From the NCBI RefSeq assembly GCF_036758025.1, contig NZ_DAIOXM010000002.1:211341-275340 (forward strand): DNA of 64,000 nucleotides, in the 5' to 3' direction. The notes below the pieces were generated by a model, which was not told where the DNA came from, did not search any database, and saw only the letters and a list, made by a program, of their open reading frames with translations. Shown one piece after another: positions 33,977-43,314 of the stretch (its first letter is position 1; each line of letters starts with the position of its first letter). Position numbers and translations under genes: made by a program. This DNA is from Lacrimispora sp. Lineage in GTDB: Bacteria > Bacillota > Clostridia > Lachnospirales > Lachnospiraceae.

Positions 33977-34822
33977 TTATGCCATCTCTTCCTGATTACA
34001 GGAAAATGCGATTCCAAGAGGGGTTACAAACATGGGATTTAAGGGCTTTCTGGTTCTGATGCCCGTCTGCTTTTCAATGATCTTCTCAATTCCGTCCAGA
34101 CAGCAGGTTCCGCCTACCAGATAGATTTCATCCACATCGTAATCCTTGATGTGCCGGCTTATAATGGAAGCCACCTTTTCCACCACCGGTTTTAAGACCG
34201 GAAGCAGTTCCCTGTGGTTTTTCTCGTTTCTCTTATAGGCTTCCGCTTCGGCAAAAGGCATCTGGTAAGCCCCTGAAACTACCAGGGAAAAATGAGTTCC
34301 GCCTGTAGGTTCATCAGCTACATACACCACTTTTCCATCCTTTAAAATGGAAATTCCTGTGGTTCCGCCGCCGATGTCTACAACTGCACCATTTTTTATT
34401 TTCAAAACAGCGTTGGCTGCCGTAGGCTCATCCAGAAGAGCAGTGATTTCAAATCCGGCTCCCTGAACCACATTTTTAATGGCTCCGCCGTCTAAGGAAT
34501 CCGTTCCCGGAGGGATTGCTGCCGAGGCATAAATAAGCTCTGTTCCCAGCTTTTCCTCCAGTTCCTCCTTTAACTCCCGGACAATCCGGATAGCTCCGAT
34601 GTAGTCTACCACCATTCCGTCACGAACCACGTCCGCATACCGGTAGGCTCCTGCCACCGGCTGGTAATCTTCATCCAGCACCGCCAGTACCACGCACGCT
34701 GTTCCCAGATCCACACCTGTATAATAAACAGAGGATTTTTTTGTCACCGGCTTTTTGATTACCGCTTCAAAACGGCTTACCAGCTCATTGCAGCCGTTAA
34801 AGGTTATTTCTTCTTTTGACAT
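33977..34822 (-). CDS. eutJ: EutJ-like Hsp70/actin-fold chaperone
   Basis: GVDLGTACVV, DIGGGTTGISI and GGTC motifs. About 281 aa. ATG at 34822 preceded by GGAGGAA. Confidence 0.88.
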   Translation of the reverse strand: MSKEEITFNGCNELVSRFEAVIKKPVTKKSSVYYTGVDLGTACVVLAVLDEDYQPVAGAYRYADVVRDGMVVDYIGAIRIVRELKEELEEKLGTELIYASAAIPPGTDSLDGGAIKNVVQGAGFEITALLDEPTAANAVLKIKNGAVVDIGGGTTGISILKDGKVVYVADEPTGGTHFSLVVSGAYQMPFAEAEAYKRNEKNHRELLPVLKPVVEKVASIISRHIKDYDVDEIYLVGGTCCLDGIEKIIEKQTGIRTRKPLNPMFVTPLGIAFSCNQEEMA

Positions 34823-35403
34823 ACAGTTCCTCCATATTCCAGACATATCATCTGTGACAAACGGTTAATAACAGGGTTTAAATTCTCCCCTGAACACTCT
34901 GCCTGAAGCTCTCTTGTCTTACAGCGCAGGCGGTGAAGAATCAGAATTTCCTTTCCCTTTGGGGACTGGGCGTGAAAGCCTGTGATCTCAAAGCAGTCTT
35001 CTGAGTGGCTTTCAAAACCTTCCTGGTCAAATCCGGTGCAGCCCTGAAATGGTACTCCCGGTTCAGAAAGCCTTCTTTCCAAGTCAAACACCTGCTCTGC
35101 CAGCAGCACATTCCGTTCCATCAGCTTTAAGCCTGCCTCTAAAAATTCTGCCTGAAGAGTTTTTCGTTTCAGCAAAGAAAGATTAATTTCCCGGCAGCCT
35201 TCATGTTCAGTTCCAGCTTCACTTTCCGGGGTGTTCCGCAGCCTTTTCTTTTTCGGCTCATTGCCGTCATGAATCACCACTTTGTTATCCACCAGAAACT
35301 GCCTTGCTCCAGGGGTCAGCCGTATTCCTTCTAAAATATCAAAAGAATCAAATGGCTCTTTGCGGAATATAATCCTTAAATCGTCTTCTGTGATAAACTT
35401 CAT
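34804..35403 (-). CDS. BMC-locus protein of unknown function with EutQ-N-like leader
   Basis: MKFITEDDLRIIF....IRLTPGARQFLVDNKV resembles the N-terminal module of the EutQ-like gene. The rest is predicted helical with no cupin. Start overlaps the upstream stop. Confidence 0.6.
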   Translation of the reverse strand: MKFITEDDLRIIFRKEPFDSFDILEGIRLTPGARQFLVDNKVVIHDGNEPKKKRLRNTPESEAGTEHEGCREINLSLLKRKTLQAEFLEAGLKLMERNVLLAEQVFDLERRLSEPGVPFQGCTGFDQEGFESHSEDCFEITGFHAQSPKGKEILILHRLRCKTRELQAECSGENLNPVINRLSQMICLEYGGTVCQKKK

Positions 35404-36524
35404 GGGCAGCCTCCCTTGCACAGCTGACCATAGATCGCTTCAATTTCTTCCAGCTTCGGCTGCCTTGGATTAGTCGCCGTACAGTTATCGGCCAAAGCCT
35501 TTTCAGCCATCTCTCTGACAGCCTTTTCATATTCGTCTTTATCTATCCCTAAATCCGTAATGTACTGAGGTATTTTGATCCGGTTCATCATGTTTCTGAT
35601 GTGGCGGACCAGCCCGTGTACTGTGGCTTTATCCGTTCCCGCTGCAATACCTGCCATGGCCGCTATTTCCCCATACTTTCTGCAGGCTTCCTGTTCGGTC
35701 AAGTCTAACAAGCCTGCATTGTAGCTGATGATGTGAGGCAGCAAAATGGCATTGCTTCTTCCGTGGGGAATGTGAAACCTGGCTCCCAGGGCGTGTGCCA
35801 TGCTGTGACAAAGTCCCAGGCCCGCTCCGTTAAAAGCCAGGCCTGCCAGGCAAGAAGCATTGTGCATATGAGCTCTGGCTTCCATGTCATTTCCGTCTTC
35901 CACCGTCTTTGCCAGATATTTCCACACCAGTCTGATGGCCTTTTCTCCGCAGGCATCAGTAAAATCACAAGGCGTTGCCGACACATAGGCTTCCAATGCA
36001 TGAGTCAGCACATCCATTCCCGTATCAGCCGTGATGCCCGGCGGAACCGAAACCGTAAACCGGGGGTCCAGAAAGGCCGCATCAGGCAGCATGTCATCAG
36101 AACGCATAGGATATTTTGCCTGGGCTGCCGGATCCGAGATGACGGAAAAGTTGGTCACTTCACTTCCCGTTCCGCTGGTGGTGGGAACTGCCGCCAGATA
36201 CAGGCGCTTATTTCCCAGTTTGGTATAAATAAAGCTTGCAGCCTTTGCCGTATCAATGGCAGAGCCGCCGCCCAGGGCGATGATCCCGTCAGGATTAAAT
36301 TTCTGCATCTGTCCGATTGCTTTTGAAACCACTTCAATGGAAGGGTCCGGCACCACATCGGAAAATACTTCCCAGCTGCTTCCTGTCTCTTTTAAAAGCT
36401 CTGTAATCCAGTCCGCTTTTCCCGACTGAACCATAAAGGGGTCACAGATGAGAAACACCCTTTTTGCCGGCAGTTCCTTCAGTCTGTCCAGGCAGGATTC
36501 CCCCATATATATCTTGGTTTTCAT
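35400..36524 (-). CDS. Iron-containing alcohol dehydrogenase (EutG/PduQ-like)
   Basis: GGGSAIDTAK, TTSGTGSEVT and His-rich metal motifs (HSMAHALG, HG.SNA). The ATG at 36524 overlaps the upstream stop as TAATG. Confidence 0.9.
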   Translation of the reverse strand: MKTKIYMGESCLDRLKELPAKRVFLICDPFMVQSGKADWITELLKETGSSWEVFSDVVPDPSIEVVSKAIGQMQKFNPDGIIALGGGSAIDTAKAASFIYTKLGNKRLYLAAVPTTSGTGSEVTNFSVISDPAAQAKYPMRSDDMLPDAAFLDPRFTVSVPPGITADTGMDVLTHALEAYVSATPCDFTDACGEKAIRLVWKYLAKTVEDGNDMEARAHMHNASCLAGLAFNGAGLGLCHSMAHALGARFHIPHGRSNAILLPHIISYNAGLLDLTEQEACRKYGEIAAMAGIAAGTDKATVHGLVRHIRNMMNRIKIPQYITDLGIDKDEYEKAVREMAEKALADNCTATNPRQPKLEEIEAIYGQLCKGGCP

Positions 36525-36994
36525 TACAAATTGCTCCACTTATCATTTCCCTCCTTTCCTTCTGTTCTAAGGGCCTTGATCAGCTCAGCCATGCCGGTTC
36601 CCGACACCGGGTCAATGTGATAATAAGGCTCCTCGATTCCGGTCTTTCTCAACTGGCGGATACACCAGTTATCCCTCTCCTGACTGTCCTCTCCGCCTGT
36701 GATCACGCCAATAACAGGAACCCGGAAAGCCTTTGCAAAGCCTGGAGGGTAGGTTTCCCGGTTTAAGGTCCGGTCTGTCACCATCAGTACATGGGAGGCG
36801 TCCTGAGCAGCCGCAATGATATGCTTGTGCATCCATGGACTTTCCAGATAAACTCCCGGTATATCCAGGGTCTTTTCCCCGTATACCATGTTCTGGGTCT
36901 TCCTTGCCGGGCCGCTTTTGCCGTTGATGGCATTGGCCAGTAAGGTCTTGCCGCTGCCGGAAGGGCCGATAATCATGATTCTCTTTTTTCTCAT
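36524..36994 (-). CDS. eutP: EutP/PduV-family small GTPase
   Basis: IMIIGPSGSGKTLL P-loop, 156 aa. ATGA overlap with the upstream shell gene. Confidence 0.85.
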   Translation of the reverse strand: MRKKRIMIIGPSGSGKTLLANAINGKSGPARKTQNMVYGEKTLDIPGVYLESPWMHKHIIAAAQDASHVLMVTDRTLNRETYPPGFAKAFRVPVIGVITGGEDSQERDNWCIRQLRKTGIEEPYYHIDPVSGTGMAELIKALRTEGKEGNDKWSNL

Positions 36995-37329
36995 GTCCTT
37001 GTTACCGTTGGGACCATATATCCAAGCCCCTGGCCCAAAATATCGCAGACAGCCTTTAAGGCCGTTTCCACACTGTCCACATCTCCTGCAATGATGACCG
37101 AACCGGTGAACCGGTCTAAAAAGCCCACCTCCACGTCGGCCGCCTTTGCCGCAATATCCGCAGCAATGATGGAGGTTTCATAGGGAGAAAGGGTGAGAAT
37201 CCCGATAGCCCCCAGCTCATCAATGCCAAGGCACTCATACACTTCCGGTATGGGTGATGCGATCACATGGGCGATGGTCACCTGTTTTCCCGGTACCGAC
37301 TCCTCAATGACGCGCTGCATTTCCATCAT
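36991..37329 (-). CDS. pduU: PduU/EutS-type (circularly permuted) BMC shell protein
   Basis: VPGKQVTIAHVIASP ... GILTLSPYETSIIAADIAAKAADVEVGFLDRFTGSVIIAGDV closely parallels the recalled PduU sequence. Confidence 0.88.
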   Translation of the reverse strand: MMEMQRVIEESVPGKQVTIAHVIASPIPEVYECLGIDELGAIGILTLSPYETSIIAADIAAKAADVEVGFLDRFTGSVIIAGDVDSVETALKAVCDILGQGLGYMVPTVTRT

Positions 37330-37344
37330 GATTTCTCCCCCTTC

Positions 37345-38295
37345 TTAGTGTTTCACTACAGTAACAGGAAATTGATACTCTTTCATCCAGCCTTCGATTC
37401 GGTCTAAATCCTCGACACTTAAACTGGGATCCCCTTCTAAGGGATAATCCATCTCCAGCTGGTTGTATTTATTAACTCCCATCTTGTGATAAGGAAGGAG
37501 GTCAATTCCTTTAAAGTTCTTCTGATCCTTAAAAGGCATCAGGAACTGGATTACCTGGTCGATCTCTTCCCTGCTGTCGTTGATTCCCTTTAACATGGGC
37601 ATGCGGACCTTGACGTTAAACCGGCGGTGAAGCAGTTCCCTTAAGTTGGTGAGAATCCGTTCATTGTTAACGCCTGTCAGCTCATTGTGACGGACAGGGT
37701 CCATGTGCTTGATATCAAAAAGGAACAGATCCACATATTCTCCAATCTTTAAAATGGTCTCCGTCTTCGTATAACCGCAGGTTTCAATGGCCGTATTGAT
37801 TCCTTCCTTCTTACAGGCCATCAAAAGGTTTAAAGCCGCCTCAGGCTGGGCAGTCACTTCTCCGCCTCCAAGGGTCACCCCTCCGCCTGAAATATCATAA
37901 AATCCGGCATCCTCTTCCACAAACTTCAGCAGTTCTGAAATGGTCTTTAACTCTCCGGCAATGGCCAGGGCGCTGTTGGGACAGATGTTCTGACATTTCA
38001 TACAGCCGATGCAGTCTTTATCCCGTCTGATTTCGTGTTTTCCCTCAGGGGACATCACGTGGATTCCCACGGGGCACACCTCCTGGCAGGCCCCGCAGTT
38101 CACACAGGAATTTTTCTTATACATCACCTGGAACTTCCGCTCCAGCCCTTCCGGGTTGGAGCACCACTTGCACCGGAGAGGACAGCCTTTAAAGAACACC
38201 ATGGTTCTGATTCCCGGCCCATCATACATATTGTATTTCTGCAAGTTGAAGATAAACGCCTTGCGCTGGATCTCTCCTGTATTTCCATGGTCCAT
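37345..38295 (-). CDS. cutD: Glycyl-radical enzyme activating enzyme (radical SAM), CutD-like
   Basis: CPLRCKWCSNP radical-SAM cluster motif plus two ferredoxin-type Cys clusters (CVNCGACQEVCP, CIGCMKCQNICP). 316 aa, directly downstream of the GRE. Confidence 0.9.
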   Translation of the reverse strand: MDHGNTGEIQRKAFIFNLQKYNMYDGPGIRTMVFFKGCPLRCKWCSNPEGLERKFQVMYKKNSCVNCGACQEVCPVGIHVMSPEGKHEIRRDKDCIGCMKCQNICPNSALAIAGELKTISELLKFVEEDAGFYDISGGGVTLGGGEVTAQPEAALNLLMACKKEGINTAIETCGYTKTETILKIGEYVDLFLFDIKHMDPVRHNELTGVNNERILTNLRELLHRRFNVKVRMPMLKGINDSREEIDQVIQFLMPFKDQKNFKGIDLLPYHKMGVNKYNQLEMDYPLEGDPSLSVEDLDRIEGWMKEYQFPVTVVKH

Positions 38296-38317
38296 TGTGA
38301 TTGTTCTTCCTTTCCCT

Positions 38318-40885
38318 TTAGAAATGGGTCAGCATGGTTCTACTGATGATCTCATCCTGTACATCCTTGCACAATTCTACGAAGAATGCACTGTAACCAG
38401 CCACGCGGACAATCAAGTCACGGTACTGCTCCGGATTTTTCTGAGCTTCAATCAGAGTGTCGTTGTCTAAGTAGTTGAACTGCATTTCTCCGTTTCCGAA
38501 CATGCACGCAGTCCGAAGAAGGGTAATAAGGCTTTCCTCGCCTTCCGGTGTATCCAGCATTCCCGCCATGATCTTAAAGTTGTGGACCATACCGATGTTC
38601 ATGCTGTCATTGGACATCTTGGATACAGACTTGATAATGGCTGTCGGGCCCTTAAAGTCAGCACCCTGAGATGGGCTGATACCGTCGGAAAGGGGCTGCC
38701 ATGCATTACGGCCGTTGGCAGAAGCACCTGTCAGCTGTCCGAATGGGGTATTGTTGGAAATGGACAGAGTTCCGTGGCTCAATACAGAATACAGAGTCTT
38801 GTACTGTCTGTGCTCAGTCTCTGTGAAATCAACCAGATCAGCAGCAATTAAATCTGCGTAATCATCATCATTTCCGTACTTAGGAGCGTTGAGGCAGTCA
38901 GTTCTGATCTGCTCATATCCGATAAAGTCAGCCTTTAATGCCTGGTTCAGCTGCTCCAGAGTGTATTTTTTATCATCAAATACTACTTTTTTAATAGCTG
39001 CCATAGAGTCTGCATAGGTTGCAAGACCAGACCAGATTACTCCAGGTCCGAAGTTATACATGGCTCCGCCTGAGGATACGTCTTTTCCTTTTTCCATACA
39101 GCCTTCGTACATAATGGACATTAATGGCTTTGGAGCCAGTTCTCTATGTACTCTCTGAGAAATAACAGTAGCTACGCTGGTCCATTTGGTAATGTACTGG
39201 ATCTGTGCCTTTACTGCTGCTTCAAACTCTTCATACGTCTTAAAACTGCTTAAGTCACCCATATCCGGGCAAACCTGCTTGCCATAAGAAAGAGGAACGC
39301 CGTGGTTTAACACAAGCTCAATACAGATGGGCCACTGGGTATAAGCAGTGGAAGTCCACTGATAGAGACGGCCTGATTTCTGAGGCTCTACGCAGCCCAT
39401 GAGGCAGTAATCCCGGGCATCTTCAATGGAAACGCCCTTTGCCAACATCATCTTAATGTGGGCATCGTCAAAGTGGCAGGCAGGGAATCCCATACCGGAA
39501 CGCACTACGTCTACGATTTTCTTTAAATATTTCTTCGGAGACTTATTGTGGATACGGCAGGCAAGGGAAGGCTGATAGATCTTCACGTGGCGGACTGCAT
39601 CCATTAATAAGTAAGTCAGTTCATTGGTGGCATCCTGACCCTTTCTGGTCACACCGCCCACGCACATGTTGACGAAAGGCTGGTAGCCTGCGAAGAACTT
39701 GGAACCGCCTTCACTGGTGATCCACATCATTTCAGACATCTTGATCAGCATACAGCCTGCCAGTTCAAATGCCTGATAATCGTTCATACGGCCTGATTCA
39801 ATGTCATCTTTGTAGAAAGAATACATATACTGATCCACACGTCCGATGGACATACCTGTCTGGTTTTCTTCCACTACCAGAAGGGATTCAATGGTCCATA
39901 CAGCCTGGATAGCCTCCCAGAAGGTTCTTGGCTTATGGGCAGGAACGTAAGCATTTACTTCAGAAATCTTTAACAGCTCTGCCTTACGCTTTGGATTGGT
40001 TTCTTTATCAGCCAGTTCCTTTGCGTACTCAGACATTCTTTTGGCATAGATCATAACGCCTTCTGTGGTATCGATGATGGACTTATAGAAGTAGATCTTT
40101 TCGATATCATCAGGATTTTCATATTTTAACTCTTCCAGATGCTCTCTGGCTTCCTGCTGAATATCCAGCATACCCTTCTTCATGAGAATCACGTCATAAC
40201 CAGGGTTGGAGTCACCGCCGCCGTTTAATGCGTGGTAAGAGCAGTCTGATACAAAGGATTCACCGGACAATTCCCACACGCCGGCTTCACGGTACTGGTC
40301 CTCGCAGTATTCATCAATAGACTTGCCATACCAGTATGGGAACAGCTCTTCCTTCATGATCTTCTTATCTTCATCTGAAATATAGAAAGGATCCTGAGGG
40401 CGGCTTCCAATGGTATCGATTTCATCTACCATCCATCTCCATGCGATATCCGGAGAAAATGCGCCTGCACGGGGTGCGCCGCAGGGAGCACCTACAATCA
40501 GCTCATTGTCCTGGATTACAAGGGGAGCTGTCTCGCAGCAGTAACGGAAGCATTTTGCACGAAGCAGGATCTTTGGCATACCAGGATTTTCTTTGGCAAT
40601 CTTGGTAATGGCACGTGCACGGTAAGTCGTGATGGAAGGCTGGTGTGTCAGATATTTTTCTTTCAGCTTCTGAAGTCTTGGAGTGATTCCCTCCGGGATT
40701 TCTGTGCCGCCTTCACTGCATACAGCTGTGGCTGAGGGTGCTGCATCCTTTTTGTTGATCTCATCAGAAACAGTCTCAAACATCTTCATCAGGGCAGATC
40801 TCTCTTCTGGTGTCATGTTCTTGGTCGCTTCTGCAAATTTATTTGAAAATTCACGAATATCCAATATAGTTTCCCTCTCTTTCAA
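38318..40885 (-). CDS. cutC: Glycyl radical enzyme, choline trimethylamine-lyase type
   Basis: [24 protein letters not shown] glycyl-radical motif. [19 protein letters not shown] thiyl loop. [11 protein letters not shown] block. Long stretches match my recollection of CutC. 855 aa with a ~50-aa N-terminal extension. Confidence 0.88.
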   Translation of the reverse strand: MKERETILDIREFSNKFAEATKNMTPEERSALMKMFETVSDEINKKDAAPSATAVCSEGGTEIPEGITPRLQKLKEKYLTHQPSITTYRARAITKIAKENPGMPKILLRAKCFRYCCETAPLVIQDNELIVGAPCGAPRAGAFSPDIAWRWMVDEIDTIGSRPQDPFYISDEDKKIMKEELFPYWYGKSIDEYCEDQYREAGVWELSGESFVSDCSYHALNGGGDSNPGYDVILMKKGMLDIQQEAREHLEELKYENPDDIEKIYFYKSIIDTTEGVMIYAKRMSEYAKELADKETNPKRKAELLKISEVNAYVPAHKPRTFWEAIQAVWTIESLLVVEENQTGMSIGRVDQYMYSFYKDDIESGRMNDYQAFELAGCMLIKMSEMMWITSEGGSKFFAGYQPFVNMCVGGVTRKGQDATNELTYLLMDAVRHVKIYQPSLACRIHNKSPKKYLKKIVDVVRSGMGFPACHFDDAHIKMMLAKGVSIEDARDYCLMGCVEPQKSGRLYQWTSTAYTQWPICIELVLNHGVPLSYGKQVCPDMGDLSSFKTYEEFEAAVKAQIQYITKWTSVATVISQRVHRELAPKPLMSIMYEGCMEKGKDVSSGGAMYNFGPGVIWSGLATYADSMAAIKKVVFDDKKYTLEQLNQALKADFIGYEQIRTDCLNAPKYGNDDDYADLIAADLVDFTETEHRQYKTLYSVLSHGTLSISNNTPFGQLTGASANGRNAWQPLSDGISPSQGADFKGPTAIIKSVSKMSNDSMNIGMVHNFKIMAGMLDTPEGEESLITLLRTACMFGNGEMQFNYLDNDTLIEAQKNPEQYRDLIVRVAGYSAFFVELCKDVQDEIISRTMLTHF

Positions 40886-40891
40886 TGATTC

Positions 40892-42352
40892 TCAGTCCAG
40901 TCCCCTGGACAAGGTTTCTAAAATCTGTTTCAAAAGGTCTTTTACATCCTGGTCATCTTCCCTGACGAGAGCTTCTCCCGGAGTCCTTAAGAATTCTCCG
41001 GCTCCCCGAACTCCGTATCCTGCTTTTCTCAGGTAAATGAAGTTCATAGGAGATACGTTGTCCGCTGTAATTCCTGCTCCTGCCGTAATACTTCCCAAGG
41101 TCATGGCAGGAAAGAGATTGGTGGTAGCTCCCATGCTTCCAAGAGTGGCGGGAGTGTTTACCAGAACCCTTCCTACAGGTTTTTTCAATGCGAACTGACG
41201 GATTACTTCTTCATCTCCGGAATGGATGACAAGGGTGTGTCCATGGCTTTTCACCAGCAGATCCATGCATTTTTCACAGGCATGGAGCCAGTCACTTTCT
41301 ATGTAATAGGCCAGAACAGGGCAGAGGAACTCTGTTGCAAAGGGATTCTGGTCAGAAATGTATTTCTGTTGGGAAACCAATACCCTGGCAGAATCAGGAA
41401 TGTCAAATCCCGCCTGATGAGCCAGCTGCATTGCTGATTTTCCCATGACCTCCATGTCCGCTTTTCCCTTTTCCGGGCAAAGGAAATTCACCAGTTTTTT
41501 CTCTTCCTCTTCGTTCATGAAGTAAGCACCATTTCTTATCATCTCGGCTCTCACTTCCTCTGCAATCAGGCCGTCAGCTACCACATACTGCTCTGCCGCA
41601 GCTACAACTCCGTGGTCAAAGGTTCTGCTGGCGATGATGTCCTGAACTGCCTGCCTTACATCAGCTGTCCGTTCAATAAAGACCGGGCTGTTTCCCGTTC
41701 CTCCGTAGATATAGGGCTTTCCGCTTTCTGCGCCTTCCCGATGCAATTCAGAAACTCCTGTGTTAATGACCATAGCTGCTGCCGGATGGCGGATCAGCTC
41801 CAGGACTCCGGACTTTGTCACTGTTTTCAGGCAGCTTATGGCTCCTTCCGGAAGGCCGCATTCCCTTCCCGCTTCTGCCAGCCTGTCAATGAGACGGGCC
41901 GTCACCTTAGAGGCTCTCTCATGAGAGGCAATGACAATAGGATTTCCCGACTTTACAGCAGTCAGCACCTGATAAATGGCGGTAGAAACCGGACTGTAGG
42001 CCGGAGTCAGGGACACAAGTACGCCCACCGGAACACCGATGTCCATGGTCTTTTCCACAGTATCTTCATGCAGGATTCCCACACACTTCATGGACCTTAA
42101 CCGTTTAGGCAGAGTGCTGCAGATAAACCGGTTCTTGATGGCCTTATCCTGCTGCCTTCCATATCCGGTCTCTTCTGCAGATAAGGCTGCCAGCCCGTCT
42201 GCCATTTCGGCTGCGGCGGCTGCAAGAGCGTCCACCACGGAATCCAGCCTTTCCTGGGAAAATGTAAGCATGGTATCTCTGGCTTCCCGGGCCTCCTCCA
42301 TTAAAATCCTGGCCTCCTGTATGGAGAGCAGGTCTTTGTCTACAAAACTCAT
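40892..42352 (-). CDS. Aldehyde dehydrogenase paralog lacking the catalytic cysteine (probable pseudoenzyme)
   Basis: Collinear with 30587..32146, but the active-site block reads FDHGVVAAAEQ (Ala where the paralog has Cys) and ATGGPG is replaced by NTGVSE. C-terminal amphipathic helix VKDLLKQILETLSRGL. Confidence 0.85.
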   Translation of the reverse strand: MSFVDKDLLSIQEARILMEEAREARDTMLTFSQERLDSVVDALAAAAAEMADGLAALSAEETGYGRQQDKAIKNRFICSTLPKRLRSMKCVGILHEDTVEKTMDIGVPVGVLVSLTPAYSPVSTAIYQVLTAVKSGNPIVIASHERASKVTARLIDRLAEAGRECGLPEGAISCLKTVTKSGVLELIRHPAAAMVINTGVSELHREGAESGKPYIYGGTGNSPVFIERTADVRQAVQDIIASRTFDHGVVAAAEQYVVADGLIAEEVRAEMIRNGAYFMNEEEEKKLVNFLCPEKGKADMEVMGKSAMQLAHQAGFDIPDSARVLVSQQKYISDQNPFATEFLCPVLAYYIESDWLHACEKCMDLLVKSHGHTLVIHSGDEEVIRQFALKKPVGRVLVNTPATLGSMGATTNLFPAMTLGSITAGAGITADNVSPMNFIYLRKAGYGVRGAGEFLRTPGEALVREDDQDVKDLLKQILETLSRGLD

Positions 42353-42390
42353 TTACAATTTTCCCTCCATTCGGGATTTTACCGCTCCTG

Positions 42391-42690
42391 TTACGGTGCA
42401 GTTGATAAAGCGTAGCGTCTGGCAATCTTCTCCAAATCCGGATGAGGTCTTGGAATGACAACGGAACTGTAAACCTCAGCTCCCATATCATTTACCGCCT
42501 TAACTCCCGCTTCCACTGCAGTCTTGCAGGCTCCTACATCGCCCTGTACCAGAACGGAAATATAGCCTGAAGCTACGTTTTCATAGCCGATCAGTTGCAC
42601 ATCTGCCGCCTTGCACATAGCATCAGCAGCTTCCAGAACAAATACCAGGCCGAAGGTTTCGATTGCGCCTATGGCTTCATATCTTTCCAT
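42391..42690 (-). CDS. BMC-H shell protein
   Basis: AIGAIETFGLVFVLEAADAMCKAADVQLIGYE....YISVLVQGDVGACKTAVEAG, 99 aa. Confidence 0.92.
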   Translation of the reverse strand: MERYEAIGAIETFGLVFVLEAADAMCKAADVQLIGYENVASGYISVLVQGDVGACKTAVEAGVKAVNDMGAEVYSSVVIPRPHPDLEKIARRYALSTAP

Positions 42691-42707
42691 ATATGGTTTT
42701 CCTCTCT

Positions 42708-43004
42708 TTATGCGTCAATATCGTGAACGGATACAATGTCGCCCACTTCCTTGATAGGTCTTGGCATTACATTCTTTGCAGTCAGCTTGCCGATGGCTGC
42801 CGCTGCTGCTGCACCCGCCTCCACCGAGGAGCGGACTGCCGCCACATCACCCTTGACCATAATAGTAACCAGGGTGGAGCCTACGTTTTCATAGGAAATC
42901 AATTCTACATCTGCCGCCTTAAGCATCTTGTCTGCAGCTTCTAAGGCAGGAACCAGGCCGACAGTTTCCACCAGGCCTAAAGCTTCTTCTCCGTAATATC
43001 TCAC
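42708..43004 (-). CDS. BMC-H shell protein
   Basis: ALGLVETVGLVPALEAADKMLKAADVELISYE...TIMVKGDVAAVRSSVEAG. GTG start with AAGGAGG RBS. Confidence 0.92.
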   Translation of the reverse strand: MRYYGEEALGLVETVGLVPALEAADKMLKAADVELISYENVGSTLVTIMVKGDVAAVRSSVEAGAAAAAAIGKLTAKNVMPRPIKEVGDIVSVHDIDA

Positions 43005-43028
43005 CTTTGCAAACCTCCTTATTTTTTA

Positions 43029-43310
43029 CTAAGCGCGGTATCTCTTATCCACATATTTATCCACGGTAGCTTTTCCATCTTCGCTGATTTCGAAGTACAT
43101 GCGAAGCTCCCCGTTTTCGTCCAGGTCATACTTGCATAAGGATACCAGCCCGTTTGCTTCCAGTGACATAACATGGTCCAGATAGCAGGTCTTGTTAAAA
43201 GGACGCTCTCCGCCATATATTGGCTTCAATGCCTCCATGATCTGAGCGATGTCTGCATTTTTAACACCGTATAAGTAATTTAAAACTGCCGTTCTTGCAG
43301 GTAACAACAT
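43029..43310 (-). CDS. Small (93 aa) soluble protein of unknown function
   Basis: Good RBS (GGAAAGGGGAATAAGG). No TM segment. The pattern (TAVLNYLYG...IAQIMEAL...LEANGLVS) is loosely winged-helix-like. Sits between the permease and shell genes. Confidence 0.55.
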   Translation of the reverse strand: MLLPARTAVLNYLYGVKNADIAQIMEALKPIYGGERPFNKTCYLDHVMSLEANGLVSLCKYDLDENGELRMYFEISEDGKATVDKYVDKRYRA

Positions 43311-43314
43311 GGCC

